IMG/VR virus record: IMGVR_UViG_3300037587_000069
Span: 1-43,249 of that record
From: a virus
Taxonomy: Duplodnaviria > Caudoviricetes
DNA length: 43,249 nucleotides
Strand: one strand, 5' to 3'
Below are positions 18,064 to 28,861 of the stretch, piece by piece. The notes under the pieces were generated by a model. It was not told where the DNA came from, did not search any database, and was given only the letters and a program-made list of their open reading frames with translations. Position numbers and translations under genes: made by a program. Positions within the stretch are counted from its first letter, which is position 1, and the number at the start of each line of letters is the position of its first letter.

Positions 18064-20400
18064 TTAGGTCATGTCGCTGATAAAACCGTTTAGAATTATC
18101 TTGCTATCCATATCACCGGCGCTGCCCCCGTTGAAAACACGAAGCCGAACATTTCCACCGCTTTCCTCAAAGAATGACTGCACAACTCCCGGCTCGATAG
18201 TATTCAGAGCCGTGGTTACTGCTGTCGTTCCGTCAAATGTAAACCCAAAGTGCTTGATGGAGGTGTTGGATGCGGCTGAATCCCTGACGCTTCTTGTGAC
18301 GCCTGTTAGATTAATCCGCATATTTGCAGTAGTGGGGAATAGGTTGGTGTTTACTGTTGCCGCTGCCCCTATTGCGTACTCAGCCAGATTGATTTGAAGG
18401 TCGTCGAGGATGAACCTGCCAGAATAAAGATTCGTACACCTGGAGAATGTGTGGTCACTGACCATTACTGCGAGCGCTGATGGCGATGACAACCCGTTAA
18501 CGCAATCAACCGACTTGTTCCCTTTAGTATCTCCGAACGATCTAGTTATAAAGAACCCATCAGTGGCGTCATTAGCTACATTACCAGTAACAAGGCTTGT
18601 ATCGTCTACATCTGCATCCAGATAATAGTCACGCTCGAACCCTGTCATGATGTTATCAGTGATTGAGATATCAGATGCCGGACTATCTGCAGAACCGTTA
18701 GCAATAAGAGAGATTCCAATCGACCCGGATTCTCTAAGCGTTCCCGCCTTGCGGATTGTGTTCTTGGAAATTATTCCTTCTGAGGGAAATACAGTCGGTC
18801 CAGCTACGTTATTCTCTAGCAGCGCAATTGCTCCTGCTTTCGCATCAACGTTCCCAGTGTTACCGCTGATAACGAAGTCTTTTATGCCCTCCTCCAAATG
18901 GATGCACTGATCAACAACACCGTAAAAAGAGTTCCCAGTGATCTTTATGTCTCGACCTGTAGCACAGGCGATGTATAGACCGAAAGCGCCTGTTAGTGTG
19001 CCGAAGTGAGTCAGGAAAGTATTTCCAACAATCTCAAAGTCTTCGACAACTCCAACCGGACTATTAAGTCCAGCCCCTTCAACGAACACCCCTGACACGG
19101 TGTTTCGGTTAAACTTCCACCCGAGCTGAGTTGATGTGGTGGTGTTAGTCTTTAGATGGCAAAAGGAAACATTGGATATAATGCTATCTTCTGCGATGCA
19201 TCTTCTCTGTGTTCCAGTCCCTTCAGCCTGAATTAAGAAGAATGAATGTGATTCTGCTCCAGTATTATCAAACACCCCCCCATCGATGTTGCAGTTGCCA
19301 GTAATAAAGACGTTATCACCAGTAGGGCGCACGAACGCCACCTGCCCTCCAACGGGGATGCTGTGTGTAAATGTACACCCATTCAGGGTGAAATTATCAG
19401 CGCTGAAAATAAGGCGAAATGAAGTGTCTGGGACTATGACATCTATTGCTCCACCGATAATCTCTTTCCCTGATACCGTGAAAACTGTCACATCGACGAC
19501 TTCAAGCCGTATGGTCAATCCCGTACAATCGAGAACATCAGACTCAGCAAGAGCAGCTTTAAACGCCGCCAAGTCATCTGTCACATTGTCAGCAACGACC
19601 CCTGCCTTCATAGCATTTAAAGGCCCATCCAGATTTAACATGGCTATGGTGCCGTTAGCTAAAGTGTGATTGACCCATTCATCCGGCACCCACGCACCGT
19701 CACTCTTGGCCGTTCGCACCTCAGCAAGGGTGGCTGTGTTGTACTCCCCAGCACCTTGAGGCTCAAGGAATGCCGCCCATCCGTCATAGTAGCCACCAGT
19801 AGATACCGTCGCCCCTGATGGGAGGGATAGCAGCTTTAAGCTCGCTACGGTGGCGGTCTTCAAACCGAATCTGATGTCTTGCTCAGGTTGGGACAGGAAT
19901 CCCCCTAAGCTTGCGGCCAGATCCCCATTTGTATCGAACCCGAGAAACAGCCCGGCACGTGCCGCCGCATCCTGCACAATGGTGAACACCCCGTCGATGT
20001 CGATCGTGTCAGACAGTTTGAAAGTTCGATCTTCACCGTCCTGCAGCTGTTGAATCAGGAAAGTTAGTTGGTCTATCGCGGCTTCATGTAAATCAGGGAA
20101 GAACGCACCCTGACTGCTGAAAGCGGTCAACTGAGTTTGCTTGTAGTCAGATCGGATGAACCACGTGAAGTCAGTCGGCAGAGGACCTGCGACACGGGTG
20201 ACCAGACCACCCGCATCAACACCGATGCCTGCAACGGTATAGTCGGTGTCGACTGTCAGGACTGTCTGAACACCCAATAAATCAGTCTCGATAACTTTCA
20301 GCTGAGTTTTATCCTCGACCCTGAACGCGTAACTGAACTCATCTGCGATGTCATTTCCGACGAATGGCCCTGATGTGATGTTCGTGGTATTTACGGTCAT
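18064..20400 (-). CDS. Tailspike / tail fibre with parallel beta-helix domain
   Basis: Podovirus N-terminal anchor (HEAAIDQLTFLIQQL), ADNVTDDLAAF, repeated I.GN motifs. Confidence 0.85.
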   Translation of the reverse strand: MTVNTTNITSGPFVGNDIADEFSYAFRVEDKTQLKVIETDLLGVQTVLTVDTDYTVAGIGVDAGGLVTRVAGPLPTDFTWFIRSDYKQTQLTAFSSQGAFFPDLHEAAIDQLTFLIQQLQDGEDRTFKLSDTIDIDGVFTIVQDAAARAGLFLGFDTNGDLAASLGGFLSQPEQDIRFGLKTATVASLKLLSLPSGATVSTGGYYDGWAAFLEPQGAGEYNTATLAEVRTAKSDGAWVPDEWVNHTLANGTIAMLNLDGPLNAMKAGVVADNVTDDLAAFKAALAESDVLDCTGLTIRLEVVDVTVFTVSGKEIIGGAIDVIVPDTSFRLIFSADNFTLNGCTFTHSIPVGGQVAFVRPTGDNVFITGNCNIDGGVFDNTGAESHSFFLIQAEGTGTQRRCIAEDSIISNVSFCHLKTNTTTSTQLGWKFNRNTVSGVFVEGAGLNSPVGVVEDFEIVGNTFLTHFGTLTGAFGLYIACATGRDIKITGNSFYGVVDQCIHLEEGIKDFVISGNTGNVDAKAGAIALLENNVAGPTVFPSEGIISKNTIRKAGTLRESGSIGISLIANGSADSPASDISITDNIMTGFERDYYLDADVDDTSLVTGNVANDATDGFFITRSFGDTKGNKSVDCVNGLSSPSALAVMVSDHTFSRCTNLYSGRFILDDLQINLAEYAIGAAATVNTNLFPTTANMRINLTGVTRSVRDSAASNTSIKHFGFTFDGTTAVTTALNTIEPGVVQSFFEESGGNVRLRVFNGGSAGDMDSKIILNGFISDMT

Positions 20401-20436
20401 CTCGGTGCTCCAATTAGTATTGTCAAGAGTTTATCA

Positions 20437-23400
20437 TTAGTCGCGCTTAGGACCAAACAACGCCTCACGAACGGTGAACTCTTCACCCTCTTCGATCACG
20501 TCGTAAAGGTGCTCACCTGTCGACCACATCTGGTTCACACCCGGCACCCCGAGAGCCGCCCCAACCAGTTTAGTCGCGTTCTTGACCTGAGCCTTCGTGA
20601 CCTCTTTGTCAGTCACTGCAGCAGACGTGATGCCTTTGAACCCTGCAATGCCTCGCTCAAGCATAGCCGCAACCGGTGAACTGTTGTAACCGAAGTCACC
20701 GATCAATCCCCCGGCGACGTCGCGGATGAATGGGATGGACGCCAGCGGGTACAGCGCGACACCGGTCAGGTATTTACTCATCCGGTCATCTTCGTCTTCA
20801 GGCTCATCCAGGTCGCCGCGCATCAGCATTTCCATGAACACAGGAATCGTGTAGAGGAACATCAGCTTGGCCGCAACGCTGGTGGGTGAGTAGCGTCCAG
20901 TCCGGGCACCCTTCACCAGGTCACGACTCAGGTTGCCGAGTGAGCTGAAGAACGTCATAAACATGGTGAACGTGGTCAGCAGCTTCGACTGATTGCGCAC
21001 GATCGCGGCCATGTCCTTAGTGGAGCCGGACCCCTGCAGACTCTCAACTAGGAGGTCGGCAGTCTGGATAGCTTTTTTCTCATCACCAGTCTCGCTGATG
21101 GTCTTGTCATAAGCAGCCAGCCATGTCGGTAGATCCACCATGTAGGTCTGGATCAGTGCGATGTGCTTCATCGACGCTTCTTGCGTAGCAGCGATGATGC
21201 CGCGTTTACCCTTAAGCCGGGTCATCGCGTTTCTGATCTCACGGTCCATTGTCTCAGCACGGTGGTTCATCACCTTCGACCGCTCAGCTGCGAAGTCCCA
21301 ACCGCTCTGCATGTTGTCAGGGGTACCCAGGGTACGACGAATAGATTTCATGTACCAGCTGCGACCGATAGCGGTTTGAATGCCCTTCACCGTGGGGCCA
21401 ACTCCGATCTCCGCAGCAGTGGTGAACAGTCCGAAGAACTGCATGATGCCTGTGGACGCCTTGAAGCCCATCACACCGAGTGTTGTGCCGAAGCGCAACC
21501 GTTGGAAGGCTTCGTCAATGAACGTCTTCGTGGGCTGCTGACGACCGTCCTTAGCGACGTCATTCAACCAGGGCTTGAGCTGCTTGAACTCAGACTCACC
21601 CAGCACACCGGTGATCGCGTTGGCAACATCAGGTGCAGTGATCAGCTTGTTGATCTGGCGCACGGCATCATGGTGGGTGATGTAGTGGATCGTTTCGTTG
21701 AAGTGATCAGACACCACGTCAAGGCTCAGGTTGATGCGATCATAAAACCCGGTACGCTCGTTGGTTGCACCGGTGTTCACCGACGCCTGGATGGATGCGG
21801 TGTTGTTGAACATCGACTCAGTTTCAGCTTGCAGCTTCTCAGCGTTCTTCTCAGCCTTGTGACTGCGTTGAGGTGAATACTTGACCGGGTAATAACCACC
21901 CTTGAACGTGCCGAACTCAGTCTCAACAGGGGTCGACTCAACTTTAGGTGGAGCAAGCCCGGTGGTGCGACGATGCACTTCGGCCAGCTGCGGGAAAAGA
22001 GTTTCCATCTGATCCCAAATCAACTGCACCAGCTCCCAGTCAGACTTCGTCATGTGCTTCAGCACTGCCTGCAGCTGTGGGTTCTGCAGACTGATGTCGC
22101 CATCTGTCTCAGGATCAGCCCAACCTTCACCGAGTAACAGCTTGCGCAAGTTGCCCTGGTTACCGGTGTTCAGCGCAACAGCAAGCACCTGGTGACCCAG
22201 CAGGTGATCATCGATCTCGGGAATCCAGATCTTGCGCATGTGCCGCTTCTGGTCAGCCTTGCTGCGGTTCAGTATCGCTTCATTCACCGGTGTGGCGGCG
22301 GAGTCGACCAGGTTCAGCTTGGCATCTAGTGCGTCTGTTAATTTCTGAACTGTAAGCTGGTGACTCAGACCAGCACGCTCGCCTCCGTCGAGCCATGACA
22401 TCATGAACGGGATCTTGGTCAGCTGGGATGCCCAGCGGCGAACATGCTCACTCAGGGTCGCATCACGTGCGTCAGCAGTGCGTGACTTACTGGCTTTAGT
22501 CTCGAAGCGTTCATCTTGAGTCTTGATGTGATCGACCCAGTCGCCCTTCAGCTTCTTGAACTCGATCTCTTCATTCAATAGTGTCATTTTGTTCGCGTAA
22601 CGGGCAACATGCTCGATGTTCCCTACTGATTCATTGATGCCCTGCAGGTCGCTGAATGGTACGTTTTTCCAGTGGGTGACGAAGGACTCATTCAGCACGG
22701 CAGGGGTGAGCACCAGGCCATCACCGTCAGTCTCGTTGCGCTCTTTCATCCACAGGTTGATGTTCTCGACCTCACCCAGGGTTGCCGACTTGCGGAACTC
22801 AAAGCGGCTGAGGATCTTGGAGATCTGCTCCCAGTGACCACCGTCAGACTTCATGATTTCAGTCTGCACTTTCTTCTTGCTGTACCGCGCCATGCGGTCG
22901 ACGATCTTGGTTGTCTCGTTCTTCGCGTTGGTCGCTTCCATACCAAGGTAGTAATTCACCACCTGACGCATCTTCGCAGCGGCAGCACCCTCCTTGTTGC
23001 CCTCAGCCAACATGCGACCTGCTTCGTTCGCAGCCTTGATCTCAGCACTGCGGTACTTGCCAGGGAAGATCTGACGGAATGACAGCTTGCCGATGTTCTC
23101 AGCAGCGATCGCTTTAATGGTGGCACGGTCGACGGTCGGTGCGTTGGTGCCGCGTGCGACGATCTTCAGCTCATGCAGCAGCAGTTTGCCGCGCTCCTCA
23201 TCCTGCACCGCTTCGTCAGCAGCCTTCTCGATGGTGCCGTCAGTCATGATGTCACCGTGGCGATCAACCATGCGCGACTCAGCAGCGACATCAGCAGCCT
23301 CAGTGAGCGATGGAGCGTTGATCAAGTCATCCAGCAGTTCAGAGCCTGAGTCGTACCCGAGGATCGCAGCCGCCTCATCAGGGTGCATCCCTTGGTGCTC

Positions 23401-26400
23401 TTTGGCAGTCATGCCGCGCAGCTTAGGTGGCAAGATGACCGACTTGCGCCCGATCTTGTTGATCTTCTCTTCACCGACCATCTCTTTCACGGTGGCGAAG
23501 TCCAGCTTCAGGTCACCGGTCTTGAGTTGATCACGCGCGACATGGACCTTCTCAGTCTTCAGTCGCTCGATCTCTTCGTCAGCGATGTCACGCTTCTCTT
23601 CGTTCCACCACTTCTGCTGCTGCCGGGTCAGCTGTTTGATCAGCTTGTCACGCAGAGTTTCAGACTGCACATCCTTGACCTTGCTCTGCCGCTGCTGGTA
23701 GTCGTTGAACTCCTCCTCAGTCATGCCAGCCATCACAGCATCGGTGAACATCGGCTCGACCCGCTGCCGTGCTTCAGCAGCTGCGATCTGCTCCTCGGTC
23801 GCCAGCAGACGATCGAACACCTGACGCATCTCAACGGTCAGATCCACCTTCAGGTCACCGCGCAAGTTCTGGTAAATCTGTGACAGCCAGCGTGCAAACG
23901 TCCTGAAGGCGTTGCGCAGCTCGATGCTTGGTGCTTTGCCCTCCATCAGGTAGGTTTCGAATCCGCGTGCGAACTGCTCATGTACTGCGCGTCGGATCGC
24001 TGAGTCTTTGTCAGCGTCACCGGTTGACATGGTGTCCAGGTAGGTGTTGACCTCTTCAGGGGTAACAGTGTCACCCGGTTCGGTGCCTGCCTGCTTCTCC
24101 TCATCGAAGCCTTTCTTGGTCAGGTACCGGTTCGCCTCAGCAGCCACGTCGTCAGCGTTGCGCTTGTACCAGTTGTTGATGCTCTGCAGCATCTCGGTGC
24201 CGCCGTTGACCTCCATCTCATACATGAAGTGGGCGAACTCATGCAGGAACGTACTGAGGTCAGCTGACTCGGTGAGCCTGATGATACTGTTCGCCGGGTC
24301 ATAGTAGCCACGTGCACCTGGTGCGTCGGTGCTGGTGGGTTGCTCAAGTGGTCCCGCAGGTGGTCGGTCGAGAAACTGACTAACATCATTCGGCTGGTTG
24401 GCTTTTGCGGGGATTCTCAGATGCGCTTCTGCATCAAACAGATCGTCAAGCTCTAGCTGGTCCGCTGGGATCTTGAACTCAATGATCTCATCGCCGAATC
24501 CTTCAGCCTGACCATCACGGTTCGTTGAGAAGAACAAGCCGTTTTCTTTCGGTGTCATCTGACCCGATTGGCGGATCTTTTCAGCGTTCTCTTTTGATGT
24601 GCGATGGAATACGGTAACCAACCCCGCAGCATCCACCTGACTGAAGTCTTCAATCTCAGACAGTAAGTCGTCAGCTTTTTCTTGATCTTGAACTGCAGGC
24701 GTCACAGGTGCCTGAGCCAACAGGTCAGCCGACTCAGCGGCATCAGGGTCGAAGGCTGCGTTGACTGATCGGATCTTGGAGGGGTCGAAAACTGCTGTGA
24801 TCGTGGAAGAGTCAACACCGGTCAGGTCAACCCCCCGCGCTGCACCGCCGATGTCCCGCAAACCTTCAACCGTGACAACATCGAACCCTGCAGCGCGTGC
24901 GTTACGCATGACATCGTCAGTCGATACCGATTCATCAAATGGAAAATCGAACAGTTCTGACAGGGATGTTGACTCACCATCGGGCAGATTTACAGTTGAA
25001 TTCTCGTCGTTGATATCGTTCCAGTTGGTACCGGGGTCGACCAAAACCACAAGAGGGTTTTCGGCTTTGATGTAAGTGGGAATCACTCGACCATTATTTT
25101 TGCCTGCGTAGCTGTTCGCGACCTGCTGGTTGTTACTCAAGAACACACCGGTGTCAAATGATTTACCCGTGGCGGCATCGACATCAAACTCAGTAAAATC
25201 TGCCGCAGTACCGTGGTATAGAACCTCTTCGACATCGAACCCCTGGTCAACCGCACGTGCTTTGCGTGAATTCTCTGACAGGTCTAACCCTTTCTGTTTG
25301 GCGGCAACCCACTGCTGAGCTTCACCGTGCGTGCCACCTTGGAAGCCAGCTTCCTCCGCCGCACCGAAATCAAGATCAATCTGCTCCTGCGACAGCACCT
25401 GCTCACCCTGCAGCCGGGCCTGTTCCCCCGTCAGCGGTCCTTCAATGATCAGACCTGAGTCCACATATACCTGCTGCACTGTCTTGCCTGTGCTGCGTGA
25501 CTGAGCGGTCGCCCATGCGGGTACGATCTGCGCCATGATCGATGCGTTGGCTGCGTTGACCTGACCGCTGTCGACCAGCTGATCACGCACTGTGGTGTAG
25601 ATCTCTTGGGCCTCGACGAACTGGCTGACGTTCTCGTTCTCGTCATCGAGCAGCGTGCGGATGTAGGCTTGAGTCTCAGCCTGCACCTGCTCTTGCCTGA
25701 ACGGTGCGACAGTCGCCTCACTCATGGTCATGCTGTCACGCAGCTGCTCAAAGTGCACGGTGCCTGCGATCTCAGCAGTGAACTCAGCAACCGGCACCGA
25801 TATCTCACCGCCGAGCGCAGCGGCTTCGTTGACGCCCTCCTGCAGCAGCGTCAGTGCCGGGTCAGCAGCAATCTCATCCCGGGTCTTGGTCTGCAGGTAA
25901 AGGGAAGTTTGTGCACCGTCGATGAACACGTGAGTATTATTGTCACCGTCGGCCTGCTCGACGAACTGCTTGAATGATTCTTTACTGCGTTCCTTCAGCT
26001 TGGACTGCTCCGCAGCGGTGTTCAGCTGATCCAGCTTGCGCTGCTCGACTTCACCCTGTGTCTCTTTCTGTGTGCCATCTGATGCGATCGCCTCAACAGC
26101 TTTGCGAACACCGGTTGCCGCAGTGATCTGTGCGCCCCCGGCGACAACTGTTGCGATCGCGGTGACAGCCTGACGACGCAGCTGCAGAGTGACCATCTCT
26201 TCTACAGTCTCAGCCTGCTCCATCTGCTCATCGATGCCGAATGCGTTCTCGTTCAGCGTCTGACCCAGTGTCGCCAGCTGCTCAGTTCCCATCTCTTGCA
26301 CCAGGAACTTTAACGCAGACTTTTTCAGCCCTGTGCTTTTACCGGTGATGATTGTTTCAAGGGTGCCGGTCGGCAACAGCTCAGTGCCGACCTCGATCGC

Positions 26401-27255
26401 AGCGTTGATGCTGGCGAACCAACCCGCCTGCTGAGGAGTCAGCCCGTCAGCCCGGCCTTGCGTGTAGCTATCACCGAGCGTCTGCACGCCGATGGTCGCC
26501 AGCAGTGGTGCCGCACGACCGCCTGACAGTAGCATCAGACCGAAGCCGGGTGCCATGTTAGCCAACGACTCAACGCCGCTGCGCACACCCTGCTCAAGCA
26601 GGTTCAGGTCTTCAGGGGTGAGTGCTTTACGTTTCGCCTGCTGCTCACGCAGAGTGACTAGCATCTGTTCAGTCGCGTCAGCTTTCGCCTGCTGCAGCTG
26701 CTCATCGGTGTCGATGCCGAGATTCGACGCCAACTCTTGCGAGATGAACGCGGCCTCACCCTCCATGCCGATCGGCATACCTGATGACGGCACCAGATCC
26801 CTGATGCGCGAAGGTGTCATGTCGACCCCTGCCGCGGCGAATCCCGCACCCTGTGACGTGAAGCTGGCACTGATCGAGTCACCGATGTTCTCAAACGTCT
26901 TGCCGAAGTCGAAGATGTCTTCGATCTCTTGCAGCACGTCGATGTCGTCGTGGGCGATCGCAGCGTTGTTGAAGTCGGTCAGGTATTTTGCGGTGTTGGG
27001 GTTGCGCTTCGACATACCGCTGAGGTCGATGCTGTCGAGCTTCAGCTGATCCTCTACCGCACCAGGGTCGTCATCAACTGCGAATTCAGGGATGCCCGAC
27101 TGTTGGCTGAGTTGTGACACCTTCGCCTGCTGGTCGGGGTTGATCTTGACCGCTTCGCTGATGCTGGCGTTCAGCTGGCTATCTTGAACTGTTGATTCGA
27201 GGCCGTCGCCACCCCCGAAACCACCTAAATCGATCTTATCAAGATTTAAAGCCAT
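20437..27255 (-). CDS. Large internal virion / ejection protein, polyvalent (ART-like domains and zincin motif)
   Basis: Position after two smaller ejection genes; YHGT..GVFLS, FHRT..GLFFS, HEFAH. Confidence 0.8.
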   Translation of the reverse strand: MALNLDKIDLGGFGGGDGLESTVQDSQLNASISEAVKINPDQQAKVSQLSQQSGIPEFAVDDDPGAVEDQLKLDSIDLSGMSKRNPNTAKYLTDFNNAAIAHDDIDVLQEIEDIFDFGKTFENIGDSISASFTSQGAGFAAAGVDMTPSRIRDLVPSSGMPIGMEGEAAFISQELASNLGIDTDEQLQQAKADATEQMLVTLREQQAKRKALTPEDLNLLEQGVRSGVESLANMAPGFGLMLLSGGRAAPLLATIGVQTLGDSYTQGRADGLTPQQAGWFASINAAIEVGTELLPTGTLETIITGKSTGLKKSALKFLVQEMGTEQLATLGQTLNENAFGIDEQMEQAETVEEMVTLQLRRQAVTAIATVVAGGAQITAATGVRKAVEAIASDGTQKETQGEVEQRKLDQLNTAAEQSKLKERSKESFKQFVEQADGDNNTHVFIDGAQTSLYLQTKTRDEIAADPALTLLQEGVNEAAALGGEISVPVAEFTAEIAGTVHFEQLRDSMTMSEATVAPFRQEQVQAETQAYIRTLLDDENENVSQFVEAQEIYTTVRDQLVDSGQVNAANASIMAQIVPAWATAQSRSTGKTVQQVYVDSGLIIEGPLTGEQARLQGEQVLSQEQIDLDFGAAEEAGFQGGTHGEAQQWVAAKQKGLDLSENSRKARAVDQGFDVEEVLYHGTAADFTEFDVDAATGKSFDTGVFLSNNQQVANSYAGKNNGRVIPTYIKAENPLVVLVDPGTNWNDINDENSTVNLPDGESTSLSELFDFPFDESVSTDDVMRNARAAGFDVVTVEGLRDIGGAARGVDLTGVDSSTITAVFDPSKIRSVNAAFDPDAAESADLLAQAPVTPAVQDQEKADDLLSEIEDFSQVDAAGLVTVFHRTSKENAEKIRQSGQMTPKENGLFFSTNRDGQAEGFGDEIIEFKIPADQLELDDLFDAEAHLRIPAKANQPNDVSQFLDRPPAGPLEQPTSTDAPGARGYYDPANSIIRLTESADLSTFLHEFAHFMYEMEVNGGTEMLQSINNWYKRNADDVAAEANRYLTKKGFDEEKQAGTEPGDTVTPEEVNTYLDTMSTGDADKDSAIRRAVHEQFARGFETYLMEGKAPSIELRNAFRTFARWLSQIYQNLRGDLKVDLTVEMRQVFDRLLATEEQIAAAEARQRVEPMFTDAVMAGMTEEEFNDYQQRQSKVKDVQSETLRDKLIKQLTRQQQKWWNEEKRDIADEEIERLKTEKVHVARDQLKTGDLKLDFATVKEMVGEEKINKIGRKSVILPPKLRGMTAKEHQGMHPDEAAAILGYDSGSELLDDLINAPSLTEAADVAAESRMVDRHGDIMTDGTIEKAADEAVQDEERGKLLLHELKIVARGTNAPTVDRATIKAIAAENIGKLSFRQIFPGKYRSAEIKAANEAGRMLAEGNKEGAAAAKMRQVVNYYLGMEATNAKNETTKIVDRMARYSKKKVQTEIMKSDGGHWEQISKILSRFEFRKSATLGEVENINLWMKERNETDGDGLVLTPAVLNESFVTHWKNVPFSDLQGINESVGNIEHVARYANKMTLLNEEIEFKKLKGDWVDHIKTQDERFETKASKSRTADARDATLSEHVRRWASQLTKIPFMMSWLDGGERAGLSHQLTVQKLTDALDAKLNLVDSAATPVNEAILNRSKADQKRHMRKIWIPEIDDHLLGHQVLAVALNTGNQGNLRKLLLGEGWADPETDGDISLQNPQLQAVLKHMTKSDWELVQLIWDQMETLFPQLAEVHRRTTGLAPPKVESTPVETEFGTFKGGYYPVKYSPQRSHKAEKNAEKLQAETESMFNNTASIQASVNTGATNERTGFYDRINLSLDVVSDHFNETIHYITHHDAVRQINKLITAPDVANAITGVLGESEFKQLKPWLNDVAKDGRQQPTKTFIDEAFQRLRFGTTLGVMGFKASTGIMQFFGLFTTAAEIGVGPTVKGIQTAIGRSWYMKSIRRTLGTPDNMQSGWDFAAERSKVMNHRAETMDREIRNAMTRLKGKRGIIAATQEASMKHIALIQTYMVDLPTWLAAYDKTISETGDEKKAIQTADLLVESLQGSGSTKDMAAIVRNQSKLLTTFTMFMTFFSSLGNLSRDLVKGARTGRYSPTSVAAKLMFLYTIPVFMEMLMRGDLDEPEDEDDRMSKYLTGVALYPLASIPFIRDVAGGLIGDFGYNSSPVAAMLERGIAGFKGITSAAVTDKEVTKAQVKNATKLVGAALGVPGVNQMWSTGEHLYDVIEEGEEFTVREALFGPKRD

Positions 27256-28859
27256 TAGTTCGTCGCCTGTGTATGTGCCCTTATCAGATTGTCAGATGTT
27301 ACAGGAATGTTGTTGTCGCGTAAAAACTTGCTCAGCACGGTCACATCCTCAGCAGGGATGTCAGTCAGGTCCAGTTCACTGTCGAAGATGAACCCCTCCT
27401 GCACGACCGTCCTGGTCAGCCCCGACAGCAGGTTGGTGTACTCTTCCGATGTCAGTTTGCGGTCAAGCTCCGACTCACGACGAACTGTCTCATCATCCAC
27501 GATCGAATAAAACGCCTCAACCTGCTGCTTCTCCGCCTTGTTGCGTTTGGTCTTCTTGCCGAATATCTGATCAACTGCAGCGGTGGTCTGCCCGGTGCGA
27601 TTGCGCCCCGTCTGATGATCTATCTTGTCGGTCTTGTTCCCGGTGCCGTTGGCAGACTTCACCGCGCTGATGAGTGACTTGCGCTCTGACGGTGCCAGGG
27701 TGTTGAAGTGCTCAACCGGATCAACCTTCGCCAACTCTGCACGCGGCAGTGTCATCAGTGCACTAAACTGAGTCCAATCAGTGATCACCGATTTACCTGA
27801 CTCAAGCGATTTCTGCTGCTTGGGGCTTAACCGCTCCCAGCCTTCAGGATCTTCAGCCTTGAATGTCTCAGCTGACCCACCGCCGATGATGTGCGACTCA
27901 CCCGCCTCAAACGAGTCACCGCGTGCTTCTGACTCTGCCTGACGCTTCTGACTGAACAGACGCATCGACTCAGCCATAGTCTTCTTGCGCAGCTCAGGGT
28001 CGCTGATCTCGTTGACCTGTTCCTGCACATCAGATCGGTTCTCGTACTGACTCACCAGGTTGGTTGCAGTCAGCACCGCAGCCTGCGCATCACCCTGTGT
28101 TTTCTCGACCTTCTGCTTCGACTCGATTGCAGATTCCAGTTGAATTTTGTCCGGTCCTTCCAGCAGGCCAGACATCTGGTCAAGTTGATCCTGACCCTCA
28201 GTTGAACTGCTCTGGGTGGCCGCTGCGATGGCGTTGCTGGCAAAGGTGGACCGATAGGACTGCAACCGCTCAGCAGTCGCGTCAGGGCCGATCCCTGTGG
28301 TCTGTGATGAGTCTATGATTGCCTGCTCACCGATCACACGCTGCACCCGCATCAACTGAGGGTCAGACCAGTACAGTGACGCGTTCTCGATCGTGTTCTC
28401 AACCTGAGCCTCGATCGTGGCAGTCTCCCACGTCTGCAGCCCTTTGGAGGAGTGGCGACCGATGTCAGCGCGACCCCTGGTGATATGAGTATCGGCAGCT
28501 CTATCGAACGCCAACCGAGCCTGTTCGTTGAGGCTGTCACCGTGCTGCTTTTTCAGCTTGTCCAGCGCGGAGTTGGCAACCGGCGCATTATCGAATGCGT
28601 TGCGACCTTGCGTGTTGAAGTACCCGTTGTCAGGGTTGAAGAACAGCGCGTTTTTGTCTCGCTCGAAACTGACCAGTGCCTCTTCAGCTGACGTGGTGTC
28701 GATGCGCTGCTTGATGTCCAGACCCGCCTGAGCGAGATTGAGAACACCCTGCGCGATGTCGCCGCCGAACGCCCCTGCAGGTACAGCACCGCTCGCTCGT
28801 GGCTGACGAACAACGTCGAGAGACACCTGATCAGATTGAGCCTGCGCGACCTTTGGCAT
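27255..28859 (-). CDS. Internal virion protein
   Basis: Helical; MPKV...GAFGG N-terminus; synteny. Confidence 0.75.
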   Translation of the reverse strand: MPKVAQAQSDQVSLDVVRQPRASGAVPAGAFGGDIAQGVLNLAQAGLDIKQRIDTTSAEEALVSFERDKNALFFNPDNGYFNTQGRNAFDNAPVANSALDKLKKQHGDSLNEQARLAFDRAADTHITRGRADIGRHSSKGLQTWETATIEAQVENTIENASLYWSDPQLMRVQRVIGEQAIIDSSQTTGIGPDATAERLQSYRSTFASNAIAAATQSSSTEGQDQLDQMSGLLEGPDKIQLESAIESKQKVEKTQGDAQAAVLTATNLVSQYENRSDVQEQVNEISDPELRKKTMAESMRLFSQKRQAESEARGDSFEAGESHIIGGGSAETFKAEDPEGWERLSPKQQKSLESGKSVITDWTQFSALMTLPRAELAKVDPVEHFNTLAPSERKSLISAVKSANGTGNKTDKIDHQTGRNRTGQTTAAVDQIFGKKTKRNKAEKQQVEAFYSIVDDETVRRESELDRKLTSEEYTNLLSGLTRTVVQEGFIFDSELDLTDIPAEDVTVLSKFLRDNNIPVTSDNLIRAHTQATN

Positions 28860-28861
28860 CG

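Noticed and set aside
18064-20400. Diversity-generating retroelement as in BPP-1
   Set aside because: No reverse transcriptase ORF and no TR/VR repeat pair seen
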